A stretch of 63,062 bases of DNA, counting the filler. It is 5 parts of 5 records of this genome, joined end to end, with 100 filler letters (N's around TTAATTAATTAA, not from the genome) between each part and the next. Parts side by side here need not be neighbours in the genome. Positions count along the whole stretch, not along the records: positions 37,043 to 50,723 come from SRR2962707_684; positions 50,824 to 57,229 come from SRR2962707_685; positions 57,330 to 63,062 come from SRR2962707_692; 2 more parts are not named here. The stretch is one strand, 5' to 3'. A model generated the notes under the pieces. The model ran no database searches, had not been told where the DNA came from, and worked only from the letters and a program-made list of their open reading frames with translations. This document shows, piece by piece, positions 46,559-57,373 of this stretch; the stretch's first letter is position 1; each line of letters starts with the position of its first letter. A program made the translations under genes and the position numbers.

Positions 46559-48166
46559 ATGAAAAGAATATTCCGAAATTTCACTTTTAATCCTAAGAAT
46601 GACATCCTTTCCGGGCTCACAGTGGCTTTGGCACTAGTGCCAGAGGCAGTTGCGTTCGCTTTTGTCGCCGGCGTGGATCCGATGGTGGGCCTCTATGGAG
46701 CTTTCATGATGGGGATAGTCACCTCCATGTTTGGTGGTCGACCAGGCATGATCTCCGGAGCTACTGGTGCCATGGCAGTAGTAATGGTGCACCTCATTCA
46801 GAAAGGAAATGAAGTTGGACTCGGAATGAATATCGAAAACCTGGGATTACAATGGTTGTTCATTACCCTCCTCCTTGTGGGACTTATTCAAATACTTGCC
46901 GGCGCACTACGTCTGGGTAAGTTCGTTCGTCTGATTCCTCATCCGGTGATGATGGGTTTTGTCAACGGATTGGCTATCGTAATATTTCTATCTCAGTTAG
47001 GTCTTTTCAAATCAAATGTAGGTGGAGAAATGCAATGGCTCCAAGGTGACCAACTCTGGATCATGCTTGGATTGGTTGGATTAACCATGGCTATCATGTT
47101 TCTTCTGCCAAAGCTTACCAAAAAGATTCCTGCGGCTTTGACCGGTATCATCGTAGTTGCCAGCATCACCATTTTTGGTGGCCTTGATGTTAGCACAGTA
47201 GGCTCATTCATACGAGAAGGTGGTGGTCTTGGATTGGAAGGGTCTTTGCCCTCCTTTCAATTTCAAATCTTCGGACTATTTGAAACCATGACAGGGCATT
47301 GGAGTCTTATTTTCACCACTGCATTTCTACTGGCAGCCGTTGGATTGATTGAATCCTTGATGACTCTCAATCTGATCGATGAAATGACAGATACCCGTGG
47401 AAGTGGTAATCGTGAATGTGTGGCCCAAGGTGGAGCCAATTTACTCAACGGGCTCTTTGGTGGCATGGGTGGATGCGCCATGATCGGTCAGTCAATTATT
47501 AATATCAACTCTGGTGGAAGAGGTCGGCTTTCAGGAATCACAGCGGCCATCGCTCTACTATGTTTCATACTTTTCGCAGCACCACTCATTGAGCAAATAC
47601 CAATCGCGGCATTGGTTGGTGTTATGTTCATGGTTGTGATCGGCACCTTTGCTTGGAGTAGTTTCCGCATCATCCACAAGATTCCACTGGCGGATGCCAT
47701 CGTGCTAATCTCTGTATCAGCAATCACTGTGTGGCAGGATCTGGCCATTGCTGTTCTGGTTGGTGTGGTTATGTCTGCTTTGGTATTTGCATGGAAAAAT
47801 GCAACCATGATCCGGGCAAGAAAAAGAACTAAAGAAGATGGAACTAAAGTCTATGAAATTTGGGGTCCTTTGTTCTTTGGTTCCATTCAAAATTTCAATT
47901 CTAAGTTTGATGCTTCTGGTGATCCAGAGAAGGTAGAGATTGATTTCATTGAATCAAGAGTTAGTGATCACTCCGGAATAGAAGCCATTGATGCCCTGGC
48001 CAAGAAATATCAGGATTTAGGCAAAGAAATTAAGCTCACACATCTTAGTCCTGAGTGTAAAACCCTCTTATTAAAGGCAAGTCCTGCTTTCGATAACATC
48101 ATTGAGTCTTCAGTTGATGATCCTAGGTACTATGTAGTCACAGATTTGATGGATCAGGAGATTTAA
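46559..48166 (+). CDS. SulP/SLC26 anion transporter with STAS domain
   Basis: DILSGLTVALALVPEAVAF, GGRPGMISGATG, GGCAMIGQS, GPLFFGS. Confidence 0.93.
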   Translation: MKRIFRNFTFNPKNDILSGLTVALALVPEAVAFAFVAGVDPMVGLYGAFMMGIVTSMFGGRPGMISGATGAMAVVMVHLIQKGNEVGLGMNIENLGLQWLFITLLLVGLIQILAGALRLGKFVRLIPHPVMMGFVNGLAIVIFLSQLGLFKSNVGGEMQWLQGDQLWIMLGLVGLTMAIMFLLPKLTKKIPAALTGIIVVASITIFGGLDVSTVGSFIREGGGLGLEGSLPSFQFQIFGLFETMTGHWSLIFTTAFLLAAVGLIESLMTLNLIDEMTDTRGSGNRECVAQGGANLLNGLFGGMGGCAMIGQSIININSGGRGRLSGITAAIALLCFILFAAPLIEQIPIAALVGVMFMVVIGTFAWSSFRIIHKIPLADAIVLISVSAITVWQDLAIAVLVGVVMSALVFAWKNATMIRARKRTKEDGTKVYEIWGPLFFGSIQNFNSKFDASGDPEKVEIDFIESRVSDHSGIEAIDALAKKYQDLGKEIKLTHLSPECKTLLLKASPAFDNIIESSVDDPRYYVVTDLMDQEI

Positions 48167-48371
48167 ATCGTACAACTAATCCATTTACCCATTACATATA
48201 GCACAATTAATTATTGAAATAATACAATTTATCACGCTTAGTCCGTTAAACATGATTTTGGGTTAAAGACAATTTCGAAGGATTCATCGTTGAATTCGAG
48301 TCATTTATCTACTTCAGACTATCGAAATTTCATAAGTATCTACATTTCAGGAAGATAAACCCAACAAGATC

Positions 48372-48932
48372 ATGAAAAAGATTAGCACAATCTTTCTACT
48401 GATAGTCACCCTGGTTGGGCATTCACAAATGCCTGAAGCTATCGTTGCGTCCATTAAAAAGGATGCGCTGGTTAAGTCTTCTGATTGGATCACCATCGAT
48501 CATTCATTAGGCTTAAGAAACCCTGACCCAATGTTGAGCTCAGGTTTTGAAAAAATTCAAAACGGAGATCATGAAGGAGCCATTCATGATCTATCGATCG
48601 CTTTGGACAACTCCAAGGATAATCATGAATTCATTTTCTTCTTCAGAGGCCTGGCCAAACACAACCTTGGAGATTTTAGTGGTGCATCCATTGATTTCAC
48701 TAGATGTCTGCTAACCAATTCTCGCATGGCTGATGCCTACTTCAGAAGAGGGCTTTCTCATTATGAAATGGGAAATTATAAAAGCGCTTGTAGTGATTTT
48801 GCCAAAACACTACAACCTACTAAAGCTCTGTTCACCACAGGAAGCGATAAAGTACATGAAGTGATCAATCAATTTTGCAACGATGAGCAAATTGACACAC
48901 TCATGATAGAAAGCCTTGCAAGAATTAAATAA
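48372..48932 (+). CDS. Secreted TPR-repeat protein
   Basis: Signal peptide; three TPR-like units (AYFRRG...Y..G.Y..A..DF). Confidence 0.75.
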   Translation: MKKISTIFLLIVTLVGHSQMPEAIVASIKKDALVKSSDWITIDHSLGLRNPDPMLSSGFEKIQNGDHEGAIHDLSIALDNSKDNHEFIFFFRGLAKHNLGDFSGASIDFTRCLLTNSRMADAYFRRGLSHYEMGNYKSACSDFAKTLQPTKALFTTGSDKVHEVINQFCNDEQIDTLMIESLARIK

Positions 48933-49253
48933 TTAGTCGAGGCGAACAGCTGTACCACTGGCACTCACCATGAGCATACCAGAGTCTTTGCCTACAGTCT
49001 CATAGTCGAGATCAATGGCGATAACAGCATTGGCGCCTAATGCCTGAGCGGCTTCCATCATCTCTTGTACAGCTATGTTTTTGGCATCCTTGAGAGATTT
49101 TTCATATGCGCCAGAACGGCCACCAACTATGTCGGTTATGGATGCAAAGAAGTCTTTAAAAATGTTGGCTCCAATGATAGCCTCACCAGTGACCATTCCA
49201 TAATAGGTGGAGATGGACTTTCCTTCAACAGTGTTGGTTGTAGTTAATAGCAT
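48933..49253 (-). CDS. ybjQ: YbjQ/UPF0145 family protein
   Basis: TTT..VEGK.I..Y.G.V.GE..IGAN...D...GGRS..YE; GANAV; GTAV. Confidence 0.92.
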   Translation of the reverse strand: MLLTTTNTVEGKSISTYYGMVTGEAIIGANIFKDFFASITDIVGGRSGAYEKSLKDAKNIAVQEMMEAAQALGANAVIAIDLDYETVGKDSGMLMVSASGTAVRLD

Positions 49254-49254
49254 A

Positions 49255-50166
49255 TTATCTTATTAAGTCTGTAGAGAGTGCTTTTTTCTTGTATCTGCGA
49301 TTCAATAACGGGTAAAGAAGAACAGAGGTTAATATTAATAAAGTTCCGACGTAAAACCCGGCACTCATTTCTTCGCTCGCACCAAATACAAGCAAGGCTA
49401 AAATGATCCCGTAAACAGGCTCAAGATTCACTACAAGATTAATAGAGAAGGCGGAGAGTCGCTTCATCAATTCTACCGAAATGGAATAGGCATACACTGT
49501 ACATAGAATGGCCAAGAGACTTAAGTAAAGCCAATCCATACTAGAAGGAAACCAGACAATGTGGTCGGTGAAGTAAGTAGCATATACAGGGTAAAACAAC
49601 AGCACAGACGCACATGCGCCAATCATCTCATAGTAAGTGATGACATACGGATCGTGCTGTTTGGAGAGTCTTCCATTGATCACAGTAAAAACTGAGGCAA
49701 TAAATGCTGAAAGCACTGCGGTAAGTAAACCTGACAAGTAATCAAACTCCACATTAAAAATGATTCCAATACCAATGAAAGCGATAACACTCAATAGCAC
49801 TTCAAATCCCTTGATTTTTCGTCCCTGAGAAAGGGGCTCTATCAAGCTTGTCCAAAGTGAGCATGTAGCCATACCAGCCAGACAAACAGATGCATTGGAT
49901 ATACGGGCTGATAAAAAGAATAAAATCCAGTGAGCTGCGATCAATACGCCAGTTCCAAGAATTGCAATCAGACGCTTTTGTGAATTTATTTTGACAGGAG
50001 TCTTTCTGAGCTTGAGCAGAAGGTACAAACCAACAGCGGAAATCAACGTTCGAAAAAACACCACTTCCACTGGAGGCACTTCAATAAGAAGCCCCAAAAC
50101 AGCTGTAAATCCCCATATGAGCACTATAAAATGGAGATGCAAGTAATCCTTTCCCTCTTGCGTCAT
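49255..50166 (-). CDS. DMT/EamA-family transporter
   Basis: About 10 [22 protein letters not shown]. Confidence 0.9.
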   Translation of the reverse strand: MTQEGKDYLHLHFIVLIWGFTAVLGLLIEVPPVEVVFFRTLISAVGLYLLLKLRKTPVKINSQKRLIAILGTGVLIAAHWILFFLSARISNASVCLAGMATCSLWTSLIEPLSQGRKIKGFEVLLSVIAFIGIGIIFNVEFDYLSGLLTAVLSAFIASVFTVINGRLSKQHDPYVITYYEMIGACASVLLFYPVYATYFTDHIVWFPSSMDWLYLSLLAILCTVYAYSISVELMKRLSAFSINLVVNLEPVYGIILALLVFGASEEMSAGFYVGTLLILTSVLLYPLLNRRYKKKALSTDLIR

Positions 50167-50723
50167 CTTGGGACCGTTTTGTAGAGGAGCACGGAAACAA
50201 TACTGAACAACAAGTTTGGAATCCATATCGCTACGATGGTATTCATGCTGCCAGCTTCTGCTATCGATTTGGCCAGTATGAAGGCAATGATGAACATGAA
50301 GGCGATGAGAAATCCGAGTGCAATTTGAAACCCTGTCCCTCTCCTTGACTTACGTGCCGATACAATCACACCAATAGCCATTAGTATGATTACAGTAAAT
50401 GGCTGCATGTACCGAATGTATTTTTCAATTTCATATAGAGGTACATCATCCGCACCTCTTGATTTTTGTAAAACAATATATTTGTTAAGTTCCGTCATAG
50501 TCATCGTTTCCCAATGACGATCCTTATTTGCAAAATCGCTAGGCGACAGTGCTAGTAGAGTGTCCAGCTCATCGCCTTCGCCAATGATCTCCCGATCGTC
50601 GAGTACGGATCTTTTCTGCCATTTCTTAAGTACCCAGGTTCTGGTTGTATCGACCCATTCTATCTGCCTGGCCGTAATCTTTTCGAGTAACTCTGTACCT
50701 CTAATTCGCTCCAGCGTAATGTT
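50163..50723 (-). CDS. LptF/LptG-family LPS export permease, 3' part only
   Basis: Frame open to the contig edge; RK.RRG.G..IA.G, WIPN; three C-terminal TM. Confidence 0.85.
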   Translation of the reverse strand, partial: NITLERIRGTELLEKITARQIEWVDTTRTWVLKKWQKRSVLDDREIIGEGDELDTLLALSPSDFANKDRHWETMTMTELNKYIVLQKSRGADDVPLYEIEKYIRYMQPFTVIILMAIGVIVSARKSRRGTGFQIALGFLIAFMFIIAFILAKSIAEAGSMNTIVAIWIPNLLFSIVSVLLYKTVPR

Positions 50724-50823
50724 NNNNNNNNNNNNNNNNNNNNNNNNNNNNNNNNNNNNNNNNNNNNTTAATTAATTAANNNNNNNNNNNNNNNNNNNNN
50801 NNNNNNNNNNNNNNNNNNNNNNN
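50724..50823. other. Artificial contig spacer
   Basis: 44 N + TTAATTAATTAA + 44 N. Confidence 0.98.
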
Positions 50824-50952
50824 TTTTTTTTTTTTCGGAATCTTTTTTTTTTTTTTCGTATCTTGTTTGTGGGGTATCCTATTTTTTTGCATCTGTTTTT
50901 TTTTATTATTTTTTTTCGTCAGACCACTGTGGCCTCTCCTTTTTTTTCGTTT
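50824..50952. repeat. T-rich low-complexity contig end
   Basis: Several long T runs. Confidence 0.7.
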
Positions 50953-51044
50953 CGGCTGCAACAACTTGCCGAGATCATTCATTCCTTCACTCACGCAGCT
51001 GCCTCACTCGCTGGCGTCGTGACCTGTGCACGTGGTCTTTGTCC

Positions 51045-54000
51045 ATGCTTGCCAACGCCACCCCCCCGCCCGCTATCTTCCGCGTCGCCACGCAGCTGGT
51101 GCGGGAGATGTGCGCAGCTTTTCCTTCGGCACCCTCGGCGAAAGACCGGGAAAGAACGAGCGGTCGATCTGCCCAGGCCTGGCTGGACGCTAAAGCGCGC
51201 ATGCTGTGCCTGCCCGCGGCTGCTAGCGCGGTTTTTAAAGGCGGTGCACCAGCCTTTCGACGGCTGGCGTGGCTGTGGGGCTCGGGGGCAGTTGAGATTG
51301 CCAATGGCACTCCTGGTGGAAGGCTGGATCTGGGCCTGGATATGGGCGAGCAGGAGGAGATGCTGCTGGCAGAAATCAGCCGGTTGAGCGCCGGTGCTGG
51401 TGACGCTGCTGGCAAGGCGGCTGAATCGGGGGCCGCCCTTTCGACTGCACGAAGGAGCACGGACAATCGAGCACCACTTTCAGCAGCGGCCGCGCTTGAT
51501 GAGACCGAAAGCGAGGTGGACGACGAAGCACTGGAAGCAGCTTTGCGCGGCATTCACCAGAACTTGCGAAAGCAGCTTGCTGTGTCGCGGGCTCGTGATG
51601 TCAGCGAGATGGAAGCGTTTGGTGGAACGTCTCGAAAGGCACCCTCGAATGCACCACGTCCTTCTTCCGAACTCTACCATGTTGTCGTGCAGGCAGCGAC
51701 AGCTGCCGAAGAAGAGTACGCGGCAAGCCAGGAGAATGTTGTGGCTGAAACCGGACAACGCGGGGAAAGTACCGAGTTCGACCACAATGACTCACAAGCA
51801 GCCCCACCGCTGCCACCTCGCGACGCAGATGAAAGCACGGCCAGCGAACCCGAGGACGATGGCATTCTTCCAGGCGCACAAATTCCTGTTGTTGTGGCGG
51901 AGCCAATGGAAGATGCGGATGTCGCAACACCGCGACTTGTAGCTGCAGTTGTGGACGATAAAACAAATGATTGTCGCGGAGCGCCCGGCTCGCCAACAGA
52001 AGCGGTACGGCGAGACATTCAGCGCAGCCCTTACTTCAACAGATTAGTCTCTGTCGTGTGCTCGGAATCCTGGTCGTCGCCGTACGAAGCACAGATTGAA
52101 AAAGACATTTGCCGCAGTCAATGCACGCCTGACTTGCAAGGTTCACTGGGCCTTGTATTGCGATGTTACGCCGCACGCGCACCGGCTGTTGGGTAGGTTG
52201 TGCTATGTATTCCAGCCGCACGACACTGTAATGCCGGTGGTGTGCCTGAGAATTGTGGTCGTCATATTTTGCTTTCAATACAGATACTGTCAAGGCATGA
52301 ATTTTTTCGCAGCGAAGGCGCTTTGCAACAACTTTACTGAAGAGGAGGTTGGGATTTTGCCTTGTGTGGCGGGTTGCAAGTTATTCGGTTGTCTCCACCT
52401 CATGAGAGTTGGTGTGTTTGGCACACGCAGGCTTTCTGGTTTCTCGTGGCGATTGTTGAGCGGGTGAGTCCCGATAAATTCACAGAAAATTTGACGGGAG
52501 TTCACGTGGATTGCGAGGTACGATCACTGGTGTCACGCCCGAACATCCTTCCATTGAGCTGGCAGCAAAGGTGAAGCTAACATGCACATGATGCTCCGGT
52601 CCTGCAGGTGGTGGGCCGACTGCTAGCTCGGTACTTGCCCAAGTTGCACCAGCATATGCTGGCAATCGAAGCAGCTCGACAGCCATTTCTGAGCGGCATG
52701 CTGATAACTTTGTTCAGCAATCAGCTCGCAAGTGACTGTGTGGCGAAGTTGTGGGATTATTGCTTTTTACTAGGGTTCGTACTGTGCCTCAATGCCACAG
52801 AGTCACCGTGCAGGATGATTGTAACAATGATTTAACTGTAACCTGCAGGTGTAGAGAAACGGTATTTGCAGTCGTCATCGACTTCTTCAATGGTGCTGGG
52901 CAACTTCTACTGTCGGCCTCGTCCAGCGATGCGTACAATCAGTTCATGGTTATGCAGATTGAAATGTGGCGAAGTGGGGCAGCTGCGCAAGCGGATCAAA
53001 TAATTTCGCGGTGTATGATGTGGCTTGTGCAGATGTATCAAGAGCCAGGGCTTTTAGAAGGTGCGGAGACGTACGGGTGTTCGTTGCTGCGTTGAAAATC
53101 GTTTTTTCCCGCTTACGGCAATGCAAAAACCGTTTAATCTTCGAACTACAGGCCTGACGTTGGACTCCGCTGCATTTGTCAAAGCGCAAGACATAAAGGA
53201 GAAGGAGCAGTTAGCAGCACGGGAAGCAACAAGTTTCAATGCAGTCATCAGAGATTTAAAGCTTTGCAGCGCTTTTCTTGGCCACAGAGCGCTCACGGCG
53301 GTTGGTACTTAACGGCTTGTTGTTGCGTGTGCGACGTTTGCAACGCATTGCGACCTAGTATAAACTGTGTTTGCCGGTGCGCACCAGGCGACGCTCCCTC
53401 AACGCACCGCACTGCAACGCGGCTGCACGGCTCTGAAGGAAACTATGGCGCGCCTTCGGCCAGACTTGGTGCAAACACGCAACCTGAATCCCGCCTTGAC
53501 ACCTCCTCAGCCTCAATTAGGTCACTCCACGGAAGAATTGGTGTTGTTGCAAATTGCTCAAGCGTTTGAAAAGCTTCTGCAGGTAAATTTCCAAATGGTT
53601 TCGTTTCACCGCGCGCAACATGTACACCAGAGCCCGACTTGACGCAGTTGCGAGGGACTTGACTATGGTTAACTGTGGCTCGTCGTTTTTGTTTCGTCAA
53701 TCGGTGGAAAACAGACTGTCCGCCTTGACACAAGTGGAATTGCAGCTGCGCAGCTCGGTTCTTCGCACCAAACATTTGTCGGGGCAGTTACAAAAATGGC
53801 GTCGTCGGCCAGAAGTCTTGCTCAGAGTGGCGTACGTGCCAAATGCGCGCCCACTACACATTCTTCATTTTTGTCTGCATTTCTGCTCTATGTGCATTGA
53901 GAAGTATCCTGTGGTTGCATGTCTCGCTTGCCGCGTGCACGTACAGTTGCCATACGTTGGCATGCGGGCAAAGTTAATGGATGAATTTTGGGCAACGGCC

Positions 54001-55534
54001 GTTGGTTCGTTTGCACCTGAGCTTGCGGTGAAGGAGTGCTGGCAAGACGCAATGACATTTTCGCGCTTCACCCCTTTGCTGATTGCCAATAGAAAACGTG
54101 GACGTTATTGACAAAAAAGGCTTTTTGGATCTTGACAGTGCCTCAGCCGACGGAACACCAAAAAAGGTTCTGTCAGCACCCACGTCTCATGTTTACACTG
54201 AAATTCATGCTCATCAACTGATATTTGTCATCAATTGTGATGCATGCACAGGGACTCAAGAGTAAACTGGAGAAGCAGCTTCTCACCGCTTTCTCGACCA
54301 AGGAAGAATTTCAGCAACGTGCAAAGGAAAAAACGGATGCGCTTCGCAAGGTGATTGCTTTTACAGGTGTCCGCAAAAAATCGCTGCTGCACAATATATA
54401 TGGTTTTGAACTTCAGCCAACACATATGGTTGCCGCGAAGGTACTGTCGAGTTGTATGACGGTGCTTCTTCTTGCAAAGATGTTCAGCATGGAGCTGCAC
54501 TACGTCAGTAGCAAATACTTTGACGATGATACAAAATTTGATTCACGGACGTTTGTGGACGATATCACAACCGTTGTGTCCGCGCAACTTTCAACTATGC
54601 TTGCTGGCAAACGTGAGGTACGGACTGTACGGACTGTTTTGATGTATTCTAATGGCTGACCGGCTGTTGCTGTGGCTCAATTGACGAAATTGCTCGCTGG
54701 ATCGGCTACCTCTTGTGCTTGAAGCCCTTCATAGAAGCCTATTTCAGCTTGTTGGCACCTTGGCGTGACGGCTCGTGTCGTTTGTTACTCTTGGGGAGCG
54801 AAGAAACCCCCTCGGCTTCAACAGGTCTGAGGCTTGCACTGTGCTTTGAACTTGTTTGTACGGGGGTAATACATCTCATGTATGGAGTCAAATCCTCACT
54901 GCTGTGTGCGTGCTCTCGTGTCGCGTGTTGACTTCGAATCGGCATGCAGGCCAAAACTACAGCAAACCCAGCAAGCATGCCGTGTCTCTGTTGGTTCTCA
55001 CTCGCTGCCTTAATCTCAGCGAGCAGATATTGTCACAGGTGCACCTGTTGCCTCGCAATCTGAAAATTCCGTTTGCCGAAAAGTTGGTAAACCTGTTCAG
55101 AGGTGGAATTGCCACTGCACAGCAGCGCATTGCCAACGTAAGGTCACATTTTGTCAACATGGTCGAAAATGCTGCCAAAGTATTGTCTTTTTTCATTGCT
55201 GTCCAATCGTTGGCATACTTCTTAGGCACGTGCGGTGGATCAGGTTCTTAAAAATTTGGAAAACATTAAGCCGTGGGTACGTCCATGTCCTTATTACAAT
55301 GAAGCTGTTCCGTCCCTGTATGCAAACGTAATGCTGTTCTTCTGTTTGCAGGTCGCGGCTGTTCGTAAGCAGCAGAGACTTTCTAAGCAGCAGCTCCTAC
55401 CGGTGTTCAATCGCACAATGTGGGTGCAGCAACAAATTATGACACTACGGGACGGAAAATGGCGAGGAATGCTTCTGAAACAGGCTCAGCGATTCGAATC
55501 AGACTTGCGGGAAGCTCTGATTGCTGCGTCGTGA
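51045..55534 (+). CDS. Eukaryotic multi-exon TBC-domain (Rab-GAP) gene
   Basis: IEKDICRS (IxxDxxR), then GYCQGMNF, EEAFW, LPKLHQH and LWD after removing GT-AG introns 52193-52283, 52348-52430, 52518-52607, 52775-52848, 53061-53151. Later exons, start and end are less certain. Confidence 0.8.
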
Positions 55535-55645
55535 TGGTCATCGTTTTCTCAATGTGTGGCTCGACAGAATAAGTCACAGAAACGGAATACACTGAGCGTT
55601 CCTGACCCAATTGCGTTAATTGCATATTTATTTTACTTGTGCTTA

Positions 55646-57229
55646 TTAGTGTGGCGTTTGGCTGTGGAAAAGCGTATTTCCGTTCCGACATGCATGAACT
55701 TGACCTCCAGCGAACGCCTCGAACAGAGAATTCGACATGTGCACAACGTCAACTCCATTTTGAATGCATCCTTGCACCGACGCGCATGCCCAAGCAATTC
55801 CTACCCGGTAATATGCGAATAAATGAAAACATGCCACATTTGACAGTTTAGCGGTCCCAAAGGTAGACGATTGCCATATTTGCAACTGACCTTGACAGTC
55901 ACTAATGTCAAGCTCTCTCAAATGCTTGAGGGCTGTGAGTTCAGCGATGGCGGCGTCAGACAACTGCCAGCATCCAGACAGGTCAATAGAGCGAAGACGA
56001 CGGCAACCGCGCGCCAAGCGTGTCAGACCTTTGTCGGACACATTGATGCACTGGGAAAGTCCCCTGTCAAAAAGCACAGCGTACGCAACAGCTAATTCAT
56101 GATACTGCCAACAGCGGCGCCGAACAATGATTACTCTGCACAACAGCGCACGCACACTCGCTCAAGTTTTGCGCTATATGTGCCGATTGCTTCCAACGCG
56201 GCGTCGGAGAGTTTTGAGCACCTTTCCAACTGCACCTCACGAAGACTCCTACCGCGAGTCACAAGTCATGTCGAGATTACGACGAGCTCGCACACACGGG
56301 CAACACCCGTAGAAAGGAAAAACTGAAAGGCCTTTACATCTAAGCCAACGAACCCGCAGTGCTCAGCGATTACTCGCACCCCGTCATTGGTAACGCGGGC
56401 GCACCGGCTAATATCAAGCATGCGCAACGCTGGGCAGCCGGTCGCGATCGAAAGCAGACCTGAGACAGTTAGCTGCGACACACCTCGCGCAATCAGTCCC
56501 AGCAGCCGGGAGCACGACTCTCCAAGGGCCTGGAAACTTCTGTCCTCCAGTAGGCGACACTCAGAGACGTTCAGCCTATGCAAACCAGGTAGCTCCTCTG
56601 CCATGGCCTGCAATAGTTGCAAGGAATCAAAGCATAGCACGAGCCAGGCAAACGCAACTAGTGCTTGGTCCACATGTGCCAAACGACCGCAACGTACAGC
56701 CAGTGCATCGTGCGACAAGTTCACACAGAGAGCGACGTCTACATCGCGGAGCCCGGTATTGGTGCGAATGATGGCCGTAAGTGCTTCGTCCGTCAGTTGC
56801 TTGCAGCCGGCAAGATTGAGGACTTGCAGCGTAGAAACCTGTGATAAAGGTCATTGAATAAATATCGTTGGAAGCTAATGAAATACAAACGGGTAATCAA
56901 CAGCGTAATCATCAGCGCGCACCTCAAGATTGCGAAACTGGTGCGGCGGAATTTCGATGCACCGGCTGAGATTGAGGGCCCGAAGGGAGAAGCAGTTTTG
57001 CAGACCAGAAATGTCGTGCAACCTGCGGGACCCGGAAAGGTCAAGCTCCAACAATGCGAAAGAGTCCATGAGGGCAGCAGTATGCTCCAGCAGGCTGTCA
57101 TGCATGGTCAGATTTTCCATATGCTCCAGACATGCCACACTGCAACGAGAAAAAATACAGTCCCCGACACCCTTTCCATCAGTTGTGGAATGTGCGGCCA
57201 TCCGCGTTGCCCGAGCTACGTATCGTTGC
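55646..57229 (-). CDS. Eukaryotic multi-exon cysteine-containing LRR (FBXL/AMN1-like) gene, 5'-truncated
   Basis: Repeats L..L.LS.C..LTD..L across exons; GT-AG intron 56839-56922 restores the frame. Confidence 0.8.
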
Positions 57230-57329
57230 NNNNNNNNNNNNNNNNNNNNNNNNNNNNNNNNNNNNNNNNNNNNTTAATTAATTAANNNNNNNNNNNNNNN
57301 NNNNNNNNNNNNNNNNNNNNNNNNNNNNN
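57230..57329. other. Artificial contig spacer
   Basis: 44 N + TTAATTAATTAA + 44 N. Confidence 0.98.
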
Positions 57330-57350
57330 TGTGTGTGTGTGTGTGTGTGT
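57330..57350. repeat. (TG)n microsatellite, probably intronic
   Basis: About 10 TG units at the contig start, upstream of CAG at 57371-57373. Confidence 0.85.
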
Positions 57351-57373
57351 TTGTTGTGTTCATTACCGGACAG

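Noticed and set aside
50724-50900. Horizontal transfer between bacteria and a eukaryote
   Set aside because: The junction is an artificial spacer.
50776-50994. Lys-rich 72-aa ORF
   Set aside because: Translation of poly-T low-complexity sequence running into N.
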